A stretch of DNA of 64,000 nt from a virus. Below are positions 17,495 through 27,183 of this stretch, in pieces (positions within the stretch are counted from its first letter, which is position 1; every line of letters starts with the position of its first letter). The notes beneath the pieces were generated by a model. The model was not told where the DNA came from. It saw nothing but the letters and a program-made list of their open reading frames with translations, and made no database searches. The stretch lies in the IMG/VR virus record IMGVR_UViG_3300045988_171102; one strand, 5' to 3'. Made by a program: the position numbers and the translations under genes.

Positions 17495-17935
17495 TTAATA
17501 ATTTGTGACTCTCCCCAATGTCTCTTTAACAACATTGGTTCTTTGGACATAGTGCCTTTTAGATTGTTTTTCTCTAATTTTTATTATTTTATCGACTACT
17601 GATTTAAAACTATCAAGTTCACAATGATGAATAGAGTACCATTCCTTTACAGGAGTAAATACTTCCATAAAATCTTTTATTATTGCTTGCTCCGCCTTTA
17701 CTTCGCACAACTTATCAATCAAGATCGCTTTTTGACTATCAGTTGTATTTTCTAAAGAAATCTGATGTAATAAATCATCAATTTGCCCATAATATGAATT
17801 GAATTGTGATTTAAGCTCACGATATCTTTCTGAGTAAAGTTGCAATGCTTCTAAATTATCTCTAAGAGCAATTGTTGCATCACAATACTTTTCTATATTT
17901 TCCTTAGAGATAGGAAAATCATTTGCGGTAGCCAT
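17495..17935 (-). CDS. hypothetical coiled-coil protein (paralog of 17106..17489)
   Basis: See the neighbouring entry. This looks like a tandem duplication. Confidence 0.5.
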   Translation of the reverse strand: MATANDFPISKENIEKYCDATIALRDNLEALQLYSERYRELKSQFNSYYGQIDDLLHQISLENTTDSQKAILIDKLCEVKAEQAIIKDFMEVFTPVKEWYSIHHCELDSFKSVVDKIIKIREKQSKRHYVQRTNVVKETLGRVTNY

Positions 17936-17967
17936 ATTCTAAAATACCATCTCCCTTGTCAATTTTC

Positions 17968-18837
17968 TTAATAATTTGTAATTAAAACTTCTATTGAACT
18001 GTTGCCTGTTTTTACCTTAGTTTGATAGTTGCAATTATTGTAATCTTTGATTAGATAATGTGTGTTGTAGTTCTTACTCCACTCTTTAAGAATTGTATTT
18101 TCTTTACCTTTGTGTTTTGTAACATTCGACAAAGCAAATTTGCCACCTTTTGAGTTAATAATGTCAAGTAAATTAAGAAGTTCTCTCTCATAATCTTCTG
18201 ACCATTTACAAAAATAATCTCGTTCATATCCACCAACAGTAATAAGATAAGGCGGATCACAATAATAGAAAGTGTTATTAAATTCTGGCGAATCTAAATT
18301 CAAATTATGAAAATCGCTGCTGTAAAAACTAATATTTTTCTTGTCGATAGCTTCTATGTATTTTACAAGTTTATCCTCTAATGATTTAGAGAAGTAAGAC
18401 CTGCTTGCACCAGACGGCATATTAAACTCTTTATTCTTATTAAAGGCTATTTGATAGTTGAATGCGTGAGTAATTAAGCAATATAAAACTACTGCATTTT
18501 CTCTATCAAGATTATCTTTCAGATTTGTATTATAGTAACTTCTTAAATTAAGAAATTCTTGCTTACTAAACTTGTTCAATTTGTATGTATCAATCATTTC
18601 TTTAACTTCGTCTACGAATTTACTATCGAGATTTCTGAAGATATTAACGAGTGGTTTACATTTGTCGTTATACACAACCTGTTTTGCATTCACATTTAGT
18701 GAAACTTCTCCACCCCCTCCGAACAAATCTACAAATTTATCAATTTTCTTCGGAAAGAGAGGTAGAATCTGAGGCAGCAATTTATACTTACCACCAATAT
18801 AATTAAAAGGATTTTTCAAATAATCTATATTTACCAT
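17968..18837 (-). CDS. dam: DNA adenine methyltransferase (Dam / D12 class)
   Basis: GGKYKLLPQI, DLFGGGGEVS (motif I, encoded with an in-frame G5) and CDPPY (motif IV) are present. Confidence 0.85.
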   Translation of the reverse strand: MVNIDYLKNPFNYIGGKYKLLPQILPLFPKKIDKFVDLFGGGGEVSLNVNAKQVVYNDKCKPLVNIFRNLDSKFVDEVKEMIDTYKLNKFSKQEFLNLRSYYNTNLKDNLDRENAVVLYCLITHAFNYQIAFNKNKEFNMPSGASRSYFSKSLEDKLVKYIEAIDKKNISFYSSDFHNLNLDSPEFNNTFYYCDPPYLITVGGYERDYFCKWSEDYERELLNLLDIINSKGGKFALSNVTKHKGKENTILKEWSKNYNTHYLIKDYNNCNYQTKVKTGNSSIEVLITNY

Positions 18838-18841
18838 CTCC

Positions 18842-19342
18842 TTATAGTGTTACTACTTGTTCTGATTTCAAACTTTCTTGAACTTTGATTACCCTTTGGT
18901 TTGATGAGCCACACCAAGCAAGTGTGATGTCTCGCTTGGTGCAATCATATTTTCCATCAACAAGAATATCTATATAAGGCAAGATTTCGTTTACAATCAA
19001 CTTAGATTTCAATATCTGTTCGTATGTATAACCTGTATATAGCCATATTGTTTTGCTTGGCAATTTGGTTTTGACCGTTTGGACAATATTAGATATTTGT
19101 TGTTGATTTGCTTGCTCCAATGGATGCCCACCTGAGAGCGTTAGCCCCGATATATAATCAGGACTTAACGCTTCAAGTAATTCAGTCATAGTGTCATTAG
19201 TAAATGGTTGTCCGGCTGTAAAATCCCAAGTTGAAGGATTTTGACAGTTGTAACAATGAACGGTACAACCGCTTACCCATAGTACAACTCTGACTCCAAC
19301 TCCATTGGCAATATCGTGTTTAGTGATTTTGATGTAATTCAC
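18842..19342 (-). CDS. nrdG: anaerobic ribonucleotide reductase activating protein
   Basis: Radical-SAM cluster motif GCTVHCYNCQN. The GTG start overlaps the nrdD exon-2 stop (GTGA). Confidence 0.85.
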   Translation of the reverse strand: MNYIKITKHDIANGVGVRVVLWVSGCTVHCYNCQNPSTWDFTAGQPFTNDTMTELLEALSPDYISGLTLSGGHPLEQANQQQISNIVQTVKTKLPSKTIWLYTGYTYEQILKSKLIVNEILPYIDILVDGKYDCTKRDITLAWCGSSNQRVIKVQESLKSEQVVTL

Positions 19343-19418
19343 TCGTTGCCACCTAAATGCACATATCTTTCTTTGATCTCTTGTGTTCTTCCTTGATTCC
19401 AGAAGTTAGTTCCTATAT
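19339..19418 (-). CDS. nrdD: anaerobic ribonucleoside-triphosphate reductase, exon 2
   Basis: After splicing the protein reads ...ICRRTCG-Y-IGTNFWNQGRTQEIKERYVHLGGNE*. This restores the glycyl-radical motif RxCGY(L/I)G. Confidence 0.8.
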
Positions 19419-19736
19419 CCTTTTATACCCTCGGTTTCCCGATATTTATTAGGGGAGTAGACTATACAATATCATTGTTTGCATAAGAAACAATTCCCCG
19501 AAATTATAGTCGTTGAGCGTCCTCCATCAGCGTTGCCTGTTAAGGAGTTTCGTTGCGTAAGAGTGACTTGCACACTCGGTAATCCCTTGCTTAATGTTTT
19601 TATGGTTTCTATCCTATCGGACTGACAGATTTAATCCTATACCGCATTCACACTTGCCGTTTCCAGCTATGTTGTAGCCATTAAGGTTATGGGGACTTCC
19701 CCGCAGTTTATTCGGTTTAAAGTGGGCTTACACTTA
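19419..19736 (-). mobile_element. group I intron (ORF-less, 318 nt) in nrdD
   Basis: The 5' exon ends GUGGGU and pairs with the intron's GCCCAC (P1, U-G wobble at the splice site). The intron ends in G before exon 2. The segment is GC-richer and visibly structured, and phage T4 nrdD (sunY) also carries a group I intron. Confidence 0.8.
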
Positions 19737-21843
19737 ACCCACAAGTTCTCCGACAGATGTTCAATTTACTTTCATCTGTGTTGCCACAGTTTGGGCACTT
19801 CCAAATAAGTTTACCGTTTTCATTTTCTATTACATCAATCTCTCCGTCATATCCGCACACTTGACAGTAATCACTTTTGGTGTTGAGTTCAGCATACATG
19901 ATATTGTCGTAGATAAATTGCATAACAGACAGAACAGCTTCTGTGTTATTTTGCAAATTAGAAGTTTCAATATAACTAATTGCACCACCCAAACTTAATG
20001 CCTGAAACTGTGATTCAAGTTTCAGTTTTGCAAAGGCGTCAATAGGCTCTCTGACATTTACATGATAACTATTTGTGATGTAGTTTTTATCTGTAATACC
20101 TTCGATAATACCAAATCTTCGCTGTAAACATTTTGCAAACTTATAAGTTGTGCTTTCAATCGGAGAACCATACAGCGAAAAACCTAAATCAAGTTGCTCA
20201 TTCCATTCATCGCACTTTTTGTTCATATATCTCATAATATCAAGTGCGAACGGTGTTACTTCCGGATCTGTATGAGATTTGCCTGTCATATACTTTACAC
20301 ACTCATACAATCCTGCATAACCAAGTGATATTGACGAATAACCACCAACAAGCAATTTATCAATGGTTTCACCTTTCTGAAGTCTTGCTAATGCACCGTG
20401 TTGCCAAATAATCGGAGCTACATCCGACACTGTTCCTTTCAGCCTCTCATATCTGCACAAGAGGGCTTTATGACACAGCTCTAATCTCTCATCAAAAATC
20501 CTCCAAAACTTCTCTTTCTCTTTACCTGACGATAAGGCTACATCAACAAGATTGATTGTAACTACACCTTTGTTGAATCTGCCATAGAATTTGTATTCAC
20601 CATTTTCTTTGTACGGTGATAAAAAGCTTCTACAACCCATCGAAGGGAAACAATTTCCTTCTTTTAGCTTTTTCATCACCTTTTCAGATATATAATCTGG
20701 AACAAGCCTTTTAGCCGAGCACTTTGCAGCTAATTTTGTTAAATACCAATACTTGCTGTCCTCAGTAATGTTATCCTCTTCAAGTACATAAATAAGCTTT
20801 GGAAACGCAGGTGTAATCCATACACCCTTTTCATTTTTTACACCTTCATACCTTTGATTAAGTGTTTCTTCAATAACCATAGCGAGGTCGTGCTTTTCCT
20901 GCTCGTTTTTAGCCTCGTTAAGATACATAAACACTGTGATAAAAGGGGCTTGTCCATTAGTTGTCAAAAGTGTTTCCACTTGATATTGGATTGTCTGAAC
21001 ACCTTTGTTGATTTCCTTTTGAAGTCTTTCTTCGGCTATCTCGGCAATCTTATTTTCGTCAGTTTTAAATCCACACTGACTCCACTCTCTTCTCAACTCA
21101 TCTTTAATGCGCTGTCGGCTAATATCCACAAACGGTGCAAGAGCAGTAAGACTGATACTCTGTCCGCCATATTGACTGCTGGCAACCTGAGCAATAATCT
21201 GTGTTGCAATTGTACAAGCCGTTGAAAAACTATGTGGTTTTTCAATCATAGTGCCACTGATAACCGTTCCGTTCTGGAGCATATCATCAAGATTACATAA
21301 GCAACAATTATAAGTATGTTGTGCAAAGTAATCTTTATCGTGGAAATGAATAATTCCTTCTCTGTCAGCCTCAACAATATCTTGGGGAAGTAAAACTCTA
21401 TCAGTCAAATCTTTGCTGACCTCACCTGCCATATAGTCACGCTGTGTAGGAATAATAGTGGGGTTTTTATTTGAGTTTTCCTGTTTGATGTTCTCGTTAC
21501 TTAAATCAATCAGTGAAAGGATTGTATCGTCAGTAGTGTTCTTCTTACGGATTAAACTCTGCTTGTATCGGTAAAGTGTGTATCTTTTTGCCAAAGAGAA
21601 ACAACCGTATTTATCTATGTATTCTTCAATTAAATCCTGTATATCTTCAACTGAATAAATTCGCTTACTTCGTCTGAGCTTATCATAAATTCTTGTAGCA
21701 ATATTTTTAATTTCATCATCAGACAATGTTTTTTCGTGGTTCTGAAGGGATTCGCTATTTGCTTTTCCAATTGCAGAAATAATCTTATTGCGGTCAAAAT
21801 CAACTTCTCGACCATCTCGTTTAATTACTTTCATACCTGTCAC
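19737..21843 (-). CDS. nrdD: anaerobic ribonucleoside-triphosphate reductase, exon 1
   Basis: ATP-cone VIKRDGREVDFDRNKI, a long class III RNR body and the Zn-ribbon CQVCGY...CPNCGN. The track ORF runs into the intron and ends in the non-conserved GLSVSPL*. Confidence 0.85.
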
Positions 21844-22550
21844 CCATTCTTCCTGAGAATATCACCAAATGTAAGATGACTAAAGTCAAGCAGGTTATGA
21901 CAATTGTTACAAGGTGTGCTTACTGGACTTCTATCCTTAAGTGTGATGTTATTTACAGATTTGCAGAAAGGACATTTGGTGAGAATCTGCACACCACGTA
22001 TATTCATAAAACTCCCTGCAAAAGGATCAACAACATTATGAGCTATATATGTACGAATAATATTGTCCTCATTTATGTATGCACTTTTAGTGTTCTCGCA
22101 TGTATTGTCATATTTATGCATAACTGGTGCTGTTGGTACAGGCGTCTTATCGCTATTAACTTTATTTGTCTTTATTCCATCAATCAAACCTTTGACATAA
22201 TCATAACCTTCAACTTTGTGTGGATTATCTTCTGCGTTTGTCACAAATAACACATCAATTTTATGTGCGTTTGCGTACTCAATTTCCTTGATAACACCTG
22301 TTGAATCGTACCATTTTTCGCCTGTCACCCATATTTCATCACATTCGGCAAGCTGATACAGGCAAAGTTCAAGCCCATCTTCGTAAGACATATCGTTGTA
22401 CAGAAAGCCAAACATATGTATCGGTGAAATAAACATATAATTCGGATGTTTCTTTTGCTGTGTTCTAATGATTTCTTCAACCTCTTTGAGATTGTTTTTG
22501 TCACCACCGTATTTGTGGCTGACATACACTGTTTTTTCAAATTGCTTCAT
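21840..22550 (-). CDS. nucleoside 2-deoxyribosyltransferase-like / DUF4406-like protein with C-terminal Zn-ribbon
   Basis: The N-terminal VYVSHKYGGD...FISPIH...ECDEIWV pattern resembles the NDT-like fold family. The C-terminus has CPFC...CNNC. This is recall only. Confidence 0.4.
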   Translation of the reverse strand: MKQFEKTVYVSHKYGGDKNNLKEVEEIIRTQQKKHPNYMFISPIHMFGFLYNDMSYEDGLELCLYQLAECDEIWVTGEKWYDSTGVIKEIEYANAHKIDVLFVTNAEDNPHKVEGYDYVKGLIDGIKTNKVNSDKTPVPTAPVMHKYDNTCENTKSAYINEDNIIRTYIAHNVVDPFAGSFMNIRGVQILTKCPFCKSVNNITLKDRSPVSTPCNNCHNLLDFSHLTFGDILRKNG

Positions 22551-22617
22551 TCAATTCCTCCTAACTTACTTATTATTTATCAGCGTTGCTGTTTACAAGC
22601 ATATACACCACCACCTT

Positions 22618-22833
22618 TCAAAATGAAATCTCTTTATTGTTGTTATCTATTTCGATTGCCTTTTCAGGATGATACATTTCAAAAGTTGCACACATCATAC
22701 TTTCAGATGTACCATTATTTTGCCAAGATAATGGGCAGTCACTACACTTAATTTTACATATTCCACTCTTTGCTCTTTTCGTCATCCTCAACTTTTCAAT
22801 CAAGTAATTTTCAGTTTTTGAACAATCAATCAT
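22618..22833 (-). CDS. Cys-rich protein, short paralog of 40150..40933 family
   Basis: MIDCSKTENYLIEKLRMTKRAKSGICKIKCSDCPLSWQNNGTSESMMCATFE. It shares a 64-bp identical DNA segment with the 40150 gene. Confidence 0.6.
   Translation of the reverse strand: MIDCSKTENYLIEKLRMTKRAKSGICKIKCSDCPLSWQNNGTSESMMCATFEMYHPEKAIEIDNNNKEISF
22678..22741. repeat. 64-bp perfect dispersed repeat, copy 1 (copy 2 at 40381..40444)
   Basis: TTCAAAAGTTGCACACATCATACTTTCAGATGTACCATTATTTTGCCAAGATAATGGGCAGTCA is identical at both loci. Confidence 0.9.
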
Positions 22834-22853
22834 TTAATTCACCTCTATTAACT

Positions 22854-23459
22854 TCATCGTATTTTCTCTTTGTCATATTTTGCCTGTCCTTCTACAAACT
22901 TGTTCACCCATTCTGTAGTTTCTGGCATTGTTTTGAGTAAGAACACACAGTTTTTAACATCTTCCTCGGTGCGATTTGAGATTACATAGTCAACTTTTTC
23001 TTCAATATCTTTAAACTCTTTACGGTCGTTAATAATACGCTCCATAGCTTTTACAGTTCCTGTTTTGCTGTCTTTATACCTTTTCTTCATTCTCAAGAAT
23101 CTTTCAACAGCAGGACAATCTATCAGTACAGAGTCAATTAGTTTATCGCCTTTGTAATTATTCTTGAAATCTTCAAATCCCTTTGGATCGATTATGTAAA
23201 AATCAGCGTCATCAATTTGCTGTTGTGTTGCACAATATCTGTAACCGTTAAACTCGGTATAAGCCACGATATTGGTCAGTTTATCAAACTCCTCATCTGT
23301 CACAAAAATATGTGAGTTTGGAGATTCATTATCTCTTCTTGGTCGTGTCGTATAAGACACAACCTTTTTGCGATTATATTCCTTACAAACTTTGTCTACT
23401 AAGTAATCTTTACCAGAGCCCGAAGCTCCGAGAACTAATACAATTGATTTAACAGTCAT
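22854..23459 (-). CDS. guanylate kinase-like nucleotide kinase
   Basis: P-loop GASGSGKDYL and the guanylate-kinase signature SYTTRPRR. Confidence 0.75.
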   Translation of the reverse strand: MTVKSIVLVLGASGSGKDYLVDKVCKEYNRKKVVSYTTRPRRDNESPNSHIFVTDEEFDKLTNIVAYTEFNGYRYCATQQQIDDADFYIIDPKGFEDFKNNYKGDKLIDSVLIDCPAVERFLRMKKRYKDSKTGTVKAMERIINDRKEFKDIEEKVDYVISNRTEEDVKNCVFLLKTMPETTEWVNKFVEGQAKYDKEKIR

Positions 23460-23471
23460 TATTATCTCCTT

Positions 23472-24173
23472 TTAGTAACTGCTGAAATAAACATTATCTA
23501 CCACTGCATACGGTGCTCCAAATGAATGATAACAACTCATTCTGAACGCTTTGACATTATAATCTCTATCACCACTCAATATCCTTTGAGCAACTGAATA
23601 AGACAACTCGCTCGGATCTCTCGTGTAAAGAATACCTGCCACATTGAATGTATTATAATCAAAAGCTACTGCTCTCAATCCACCGTTACTGTCAGCTAAA
23701 TTCATTGCCGTTGAACCTACCAACCATTGACAATACTCGCTACAATTACCCGCTTCGCAATAAATTACTCTTGCCAACAAATCTACCTCATCTGACGATG
23801 TGTTATATGTATTATTTGATTTTGTAATAGTTTTTGTTTCTGCTTGAACTTCAACTTTTTCTGTTGGCGGTTCTGTAGGAGGAGAGGTTGTTTCAACCTT
23901 CTTCTTGTCTTTTTTAGTTTTCTCAGTGGGTTTTACTGTTGTTGGTTCTGTTGTGACTTGCACGGTTGTAGGTTGCATTGTTGATTTGACTGCCGTATCT
24001 TTAGTGGCTGTATCTCGTGTTGCAGTGTCAGGGGTGGAGATGTTTGGTTCTCCACAAGCCGAAAAGCCAAACATCATACCTAACATCACCCATAAACTTG
24101 CTATCTTCTTACCAAATCGGATATAATCACCCTTCCTTAATTTCCCATTTTCTAAATTTATCCACATAATCAT
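23472..24173 (-). CDS. secreted lipoprotein with SleB-like cell-wall hydrolase domain
   Basis: Lipobox MMFGFSAC, a Thr/Pro-rich low-complexity linker, and a C-terminal LARVIYCEAG... region resembling the Hydrolase_2/SleB family. Confidence 0.6.
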   Translation of the reverse strand: MIMWINLENGKLRKGDYIRFGKKIASLWVMLGMMFGFSACGEPNISTPDTATRDTATKDTAVKSTMQPTTVQVTTEPTTVKPTEKTKKDKKKVETTSPPTEPPTEKVEVQAETKTITKSNNTYNTSSDEVDLLARVIYCEAGNCSEYCQWLVGSTAMNLADSNGGLRAVAFDYNTFNVAGILYTRDPSELSYSVAQRILSGDRDYNVKAFRMSCYHSFGAPYAVVDNVYFSSY

Positions 24174-24384
24174 CAGTGAAAAAACCTCTGATAATAAGTG
24201 TTTGTGGCTTATTTGTGTCTATAAGCATTAATCCAAGTAGACTTTTACCGGACAACACTTCCTTGCCTTGTGCTACTTCAATAATGCCACTCATTAATTC
24301 ATCTGCTATGTGAAGAAAATCGTCAAAATCATCTCGCTGAAGCTGAATGTGTAACATTACTGTTCTATGTATTTTGTTTTCCAT
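24127..24384 (-). CDS. HPr-like (PTS phosphocarrier fold) small protein
   Basis: LSGKSLLGLMLI resembles the HPr segment akSimgvmsLg. It is a tandem paralog of the next ORF. Confidence 0.4.
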   Translation of the reverse strand: MENKIHRTVMLHIQLQRDDFDDFLHIADELMSGIIEVAQGKEVLSGKSLLGLMLIDTNKPQTLIIRGFFTDDYVDKFRKWEIKEG

Positions 24385-24387
24385 AGT

Positions 24388-24672
24388 TTACTCCATAACC
24401 GAGCCTACTGCCCACTTACTAATTACTGAGTAAATATCCTTGTCGCACACACAAGTAATGGTATTCCAATCAACATTATGTGCTGCTTTAGTTTTTGCTC
24501 TTTCAACACCGTTTGCAAGAACAAGACTTGCAAGGAATGATTTGCCACTGATAGACCAATCTTTGCCATTTTCATCTTTACCGATAAGAGTTACTTCTTC
24601 GTCAATCTGACTTACAGCCTCTGTAAAATCAGACACATCCTTAAGTGTAACAAGTTCAATTTTTTGCCTCAT
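24388..24672 (-). CDS. HPr-like small protein
   Basis: ISGKSFLASLVL is in the equivalent position to the motif in the neighbouring paralog. Confidence 0.4.
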   Translation of the reverse strand: MRQKIELVTLKDVSDFTEAVSQIDEEVTLIGKDENGKDWSISGKSFLASLVLANGVERAKTKAAHNVDWNTITCVCDKDIYSVISKWAVGSVME

Positions 24673-24728
24673 TCAATCACCTTTCTTAATTACATTTTTT
24701 AATTTATATTCCATAATACATTTGGTCT

Positions 24729-24748
24729 AATTACAAGTGACGGTTAAT
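24729..24748 (+). promoter_or_regulatory. conserved intergenic motif copy 1 (AATTACAAGTGACGGTTAAT)
   Basis: One of five copies of AATTACAA(A/G)TGACGGTCA(A/T)T. This copy is degenerate, with core TGACGGTTA, whereas the other four carry the core near-palindrome TGAC(G/C)GTCA. Confidence 0.6.
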
Positions 24749-24844
24749 ATAGGTAAAATAATACATCACATATCGTTTAAAATCTAACAATATGTGTATT
24801 ATTCGTTTAATATTTAGACGCTCATTATCAATTTAATCAAGATG

Positions 24845-24859
24845 TGACCGTCATTTGTA
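24845..24859 (-). promoter_or_regulatory. conserved intergenic motif copy 2 (inverted; TGACCGTCATTTGTA)
   Basis: Inverted relative to copy 1, about 96 bp away, in the same 225-bp intergenic region. Confidence 0.6.
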
Positions 24860-24897
24860 TTCTTGTAATTTACAATATAAATTGTACACCATACATA

Positions 24898-27183
24898 TTA
24901 ATTTGTCAATAGATTTAACCATGTTTTTCTACTTAGTGAATGATTTTTTCTTAATGCCTGTTTATATGCTGAGGGTTCTGCTAAAAGCATACATTTCTTT
25001 TTAGCTCTTGTAAGAGCAGTGTACAATAAACAATTATCCAATAAAATGTAATCGGTATTGTCTATAATGACAATTACACAGTCATAACCACTACCTTGAC
25101 TTAAATGCACTGTTAAAGCATAAGCAAGTTGCACTTCATTCACTTCTGAATCAATGTAATTAACCGTTTTTTTTAAGTTTTCATCTAATAAATTATTGTA
25201 TTCAACTGACACACATATACTCTTACTTTGTTTTTTCGTCTTATCTTGCTTTATATGCGTAATACTTGTAACATAGCCGATTTCACCATTAAAAATATCT
25301 TTGTCGTAATTATTAACTCTTTGAATCACCTTTGCACCCACTTTTAATAGACCATTAATAGTTTTAACGCTGGGTGCATTTGGTAATAAATTATTTTGAA
25401 TAATTTGATTAATTTCGGCAGTGGAGTTAATACAATCACTCTTTCGTGGAGTAATTATCACTACATTGTCAATTCCAAATTTATTAACAGCGTTTAAATA
25501 AGACTTTATACCTATATCTCTTAAACCCTCTCTATTGGTACGGAATTGATAAATTAAATCTTTATTGTCGCCAACTACCATCCGCATTTCTTTACGAGGA
25601 ATAGGATCAATACCATCTCTTATCTTATTAGCATTAGTTAAAATACCAGACTTTTCAGCCTGCCTATGTACTTTATGTAGTTTGTAAATAGTGAATTTAT
25701 TTGAAAATCCTAAAAGGTCATTAAAAACATTACCATAGCCAATTGGAGGAAGTTGTCGATTATCACCACAGATAATTACTCTTGTACCTTGTTTAACGGC
25801 TGACAATATTGATAATGCCAATGGCACATTAATCATAGAAAACTCATCAATAAATAAAACATCAATTGGCAAAGGATTATGTGAATTATATTTAAACTGT
25901 TCTTCTATTGAAGAATCACTATCTTGTTGATATTTTAATAAACGGTGAATTGTACTTGCTTTATACCCTGTGGCTTCTGTAATTCGTTGAGCTGCTTTAG
26001 CTGATAATGCACAACATCTAATTTCCATATTATTATATGTGTAAATATCAAGTAAAGCTCTTGTAATACTTGTTTTACCTGTACCTGCTTTACCTGTAAT
26101 TAGCACGACAGGCTTATTTAATGAACCTCTAATTACATCAAGTTGTGTCGCATCAAACTCAAATCCTTGCGATAATTCAGCATCCCGAATTACTTTATCC
26201 ACATAACTTTCATCAATATTCATTACAGTTCCATTATCTAAATTTACAATAGTTTCAAGAACAGCCATTTCTTTATCGTAATATTTCCTCAACCCTACAT
26301 TGTTATTGTCAATCCATAAAAAGTTTTTAGACTGCCTTTGTGAAATTATAAAATCATCAAATTCGTTAATGCACTCTGGGATATTGTCAATGACATCTTC
26401 TCTTAATTTTTGAAAATCTATATAAGTATCACCACTTTCCTCGCCAAGTACACTAAAATAATATTTAAGAAATGCAGTAACTCTTTCAAGTGAATTTTTT
26501 AAATCTGGTCTTATTTTGAGAGCTACTCCATCAGCCCTTTTAAATCCTAACCCTTTTACTTTGGTAATTACATAAGGATTTTTAAATATCTTTTGTTTTA
26601 ACAATTCAGGCTGACTTTCAAGAGATATTAGTTTTTGACATATTGTGTTGCTAATACCATAAGGAGATAATAGTGCCAAAATATCTTTCATACTATAATT
26701 ATTTATGATTTTCTGTTTACATAGTTGCCATTTGTCATCATTAATACCTTTAACTTTATTAATGTCAACATCTTTATTTTCCATCACCCTTTGTACAATA
26801 TCAGGATATACCGAAAGTAAAGAATCTGCTTGCTTTTCAGATAAAATTGATACAAGAAAATTATATTGGTTTTTTTCTGAACATTGATTTATTTCTTTAA
26901 CTGACAGAGGTTGATATTGCCAACAATTATATTTTTTATTATATACAGGAGTAGCTTCAACGCTATATATACATCCACCAAACAATTGCTGCATTTCACC
27001 ACATAAAACAGAATAATAATATGTTGATTTACCTTCATCACTTATATATTCTTTTGGATTTCCGTTAAAGTATTTAATTTCGTCTTGTGTCTTAAATGTA
27101 TAAACTCCCCAACAAGAATTTTCATTATAATATCGTTCTTGACATATTTCAGCTTGAAAACACATAATATCTTTGTTTGACAT
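24898..27183 (-). CDS. RecD-like SF1 DNA helicase
   Basis: GKAGTGKTS (Walker A), FIDEFSM, CGDNRQLPPIG, TVHLSQGSGYD and YTALTRAKK are all present. Confidence 0.85.
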   Translation of the reverse strand: MSNKDIMCFQAEICQERYYNENSCWGVYTFKTQDEIKYFNGNPKEYISDEGKSTYYYSVLCGEMQQLFGGCIYSVEATPVYNKKYNCWQYQPLSVKEINQCSEKNQYNFLVSILSEKQADSLLSVYPDIVQRVMENKDVDINKVKGINDDKWQLCKQKIINNYSMKDILALLSPYGISNTICQKLISLESQPELLKQKIFKNPYVITKVKGLGFKRADGVALKIRPDLKNSLERVTAFLKYYFSVLGEESGDTYIDFQKLREDVIDNIPECINEFDDFIISQRQSKNFLWIDNNNVGLRKYYDKEMAVLETIVNLDNGTVMNIDESYVDKVIRDAELSQGFEFDATQLDVIRGSLNKPVVLITGKAGTGKTSITRALLDIYTYNNMEIRCCALSAKAAQRITEATGYKASTIHRLLKYQQDSDSSIEEQFKYNSHNPLPIDVLFIDEFSMINVPLALSILSAVKQGTRVIICGDNRQLPPIGYGNVFNDLLGFSNKFTIYKLHKVHRQAEKSGILTNANKIRDGIDPIPRKEMRMVVGDNKDLIYQFRTNREGLRDIGIKSYLNAVNKFGIDNVVIITPRKSDCINSTAEINQIIQNNLLPNAPSVKTINGLLKVGAKVIQRVNNYDKDIFNGEIGYVTSITHIKQDKTKKQSKSICVSVEYNNLLDENLKKTVNYIDSEVNEVQLAYALTVHLSQGSGYDCVIVIIDNTDYILLDNCLLYTALTRAKKKCMLLAEPSAYKQALRKNHSLSRKTWLNLLTN

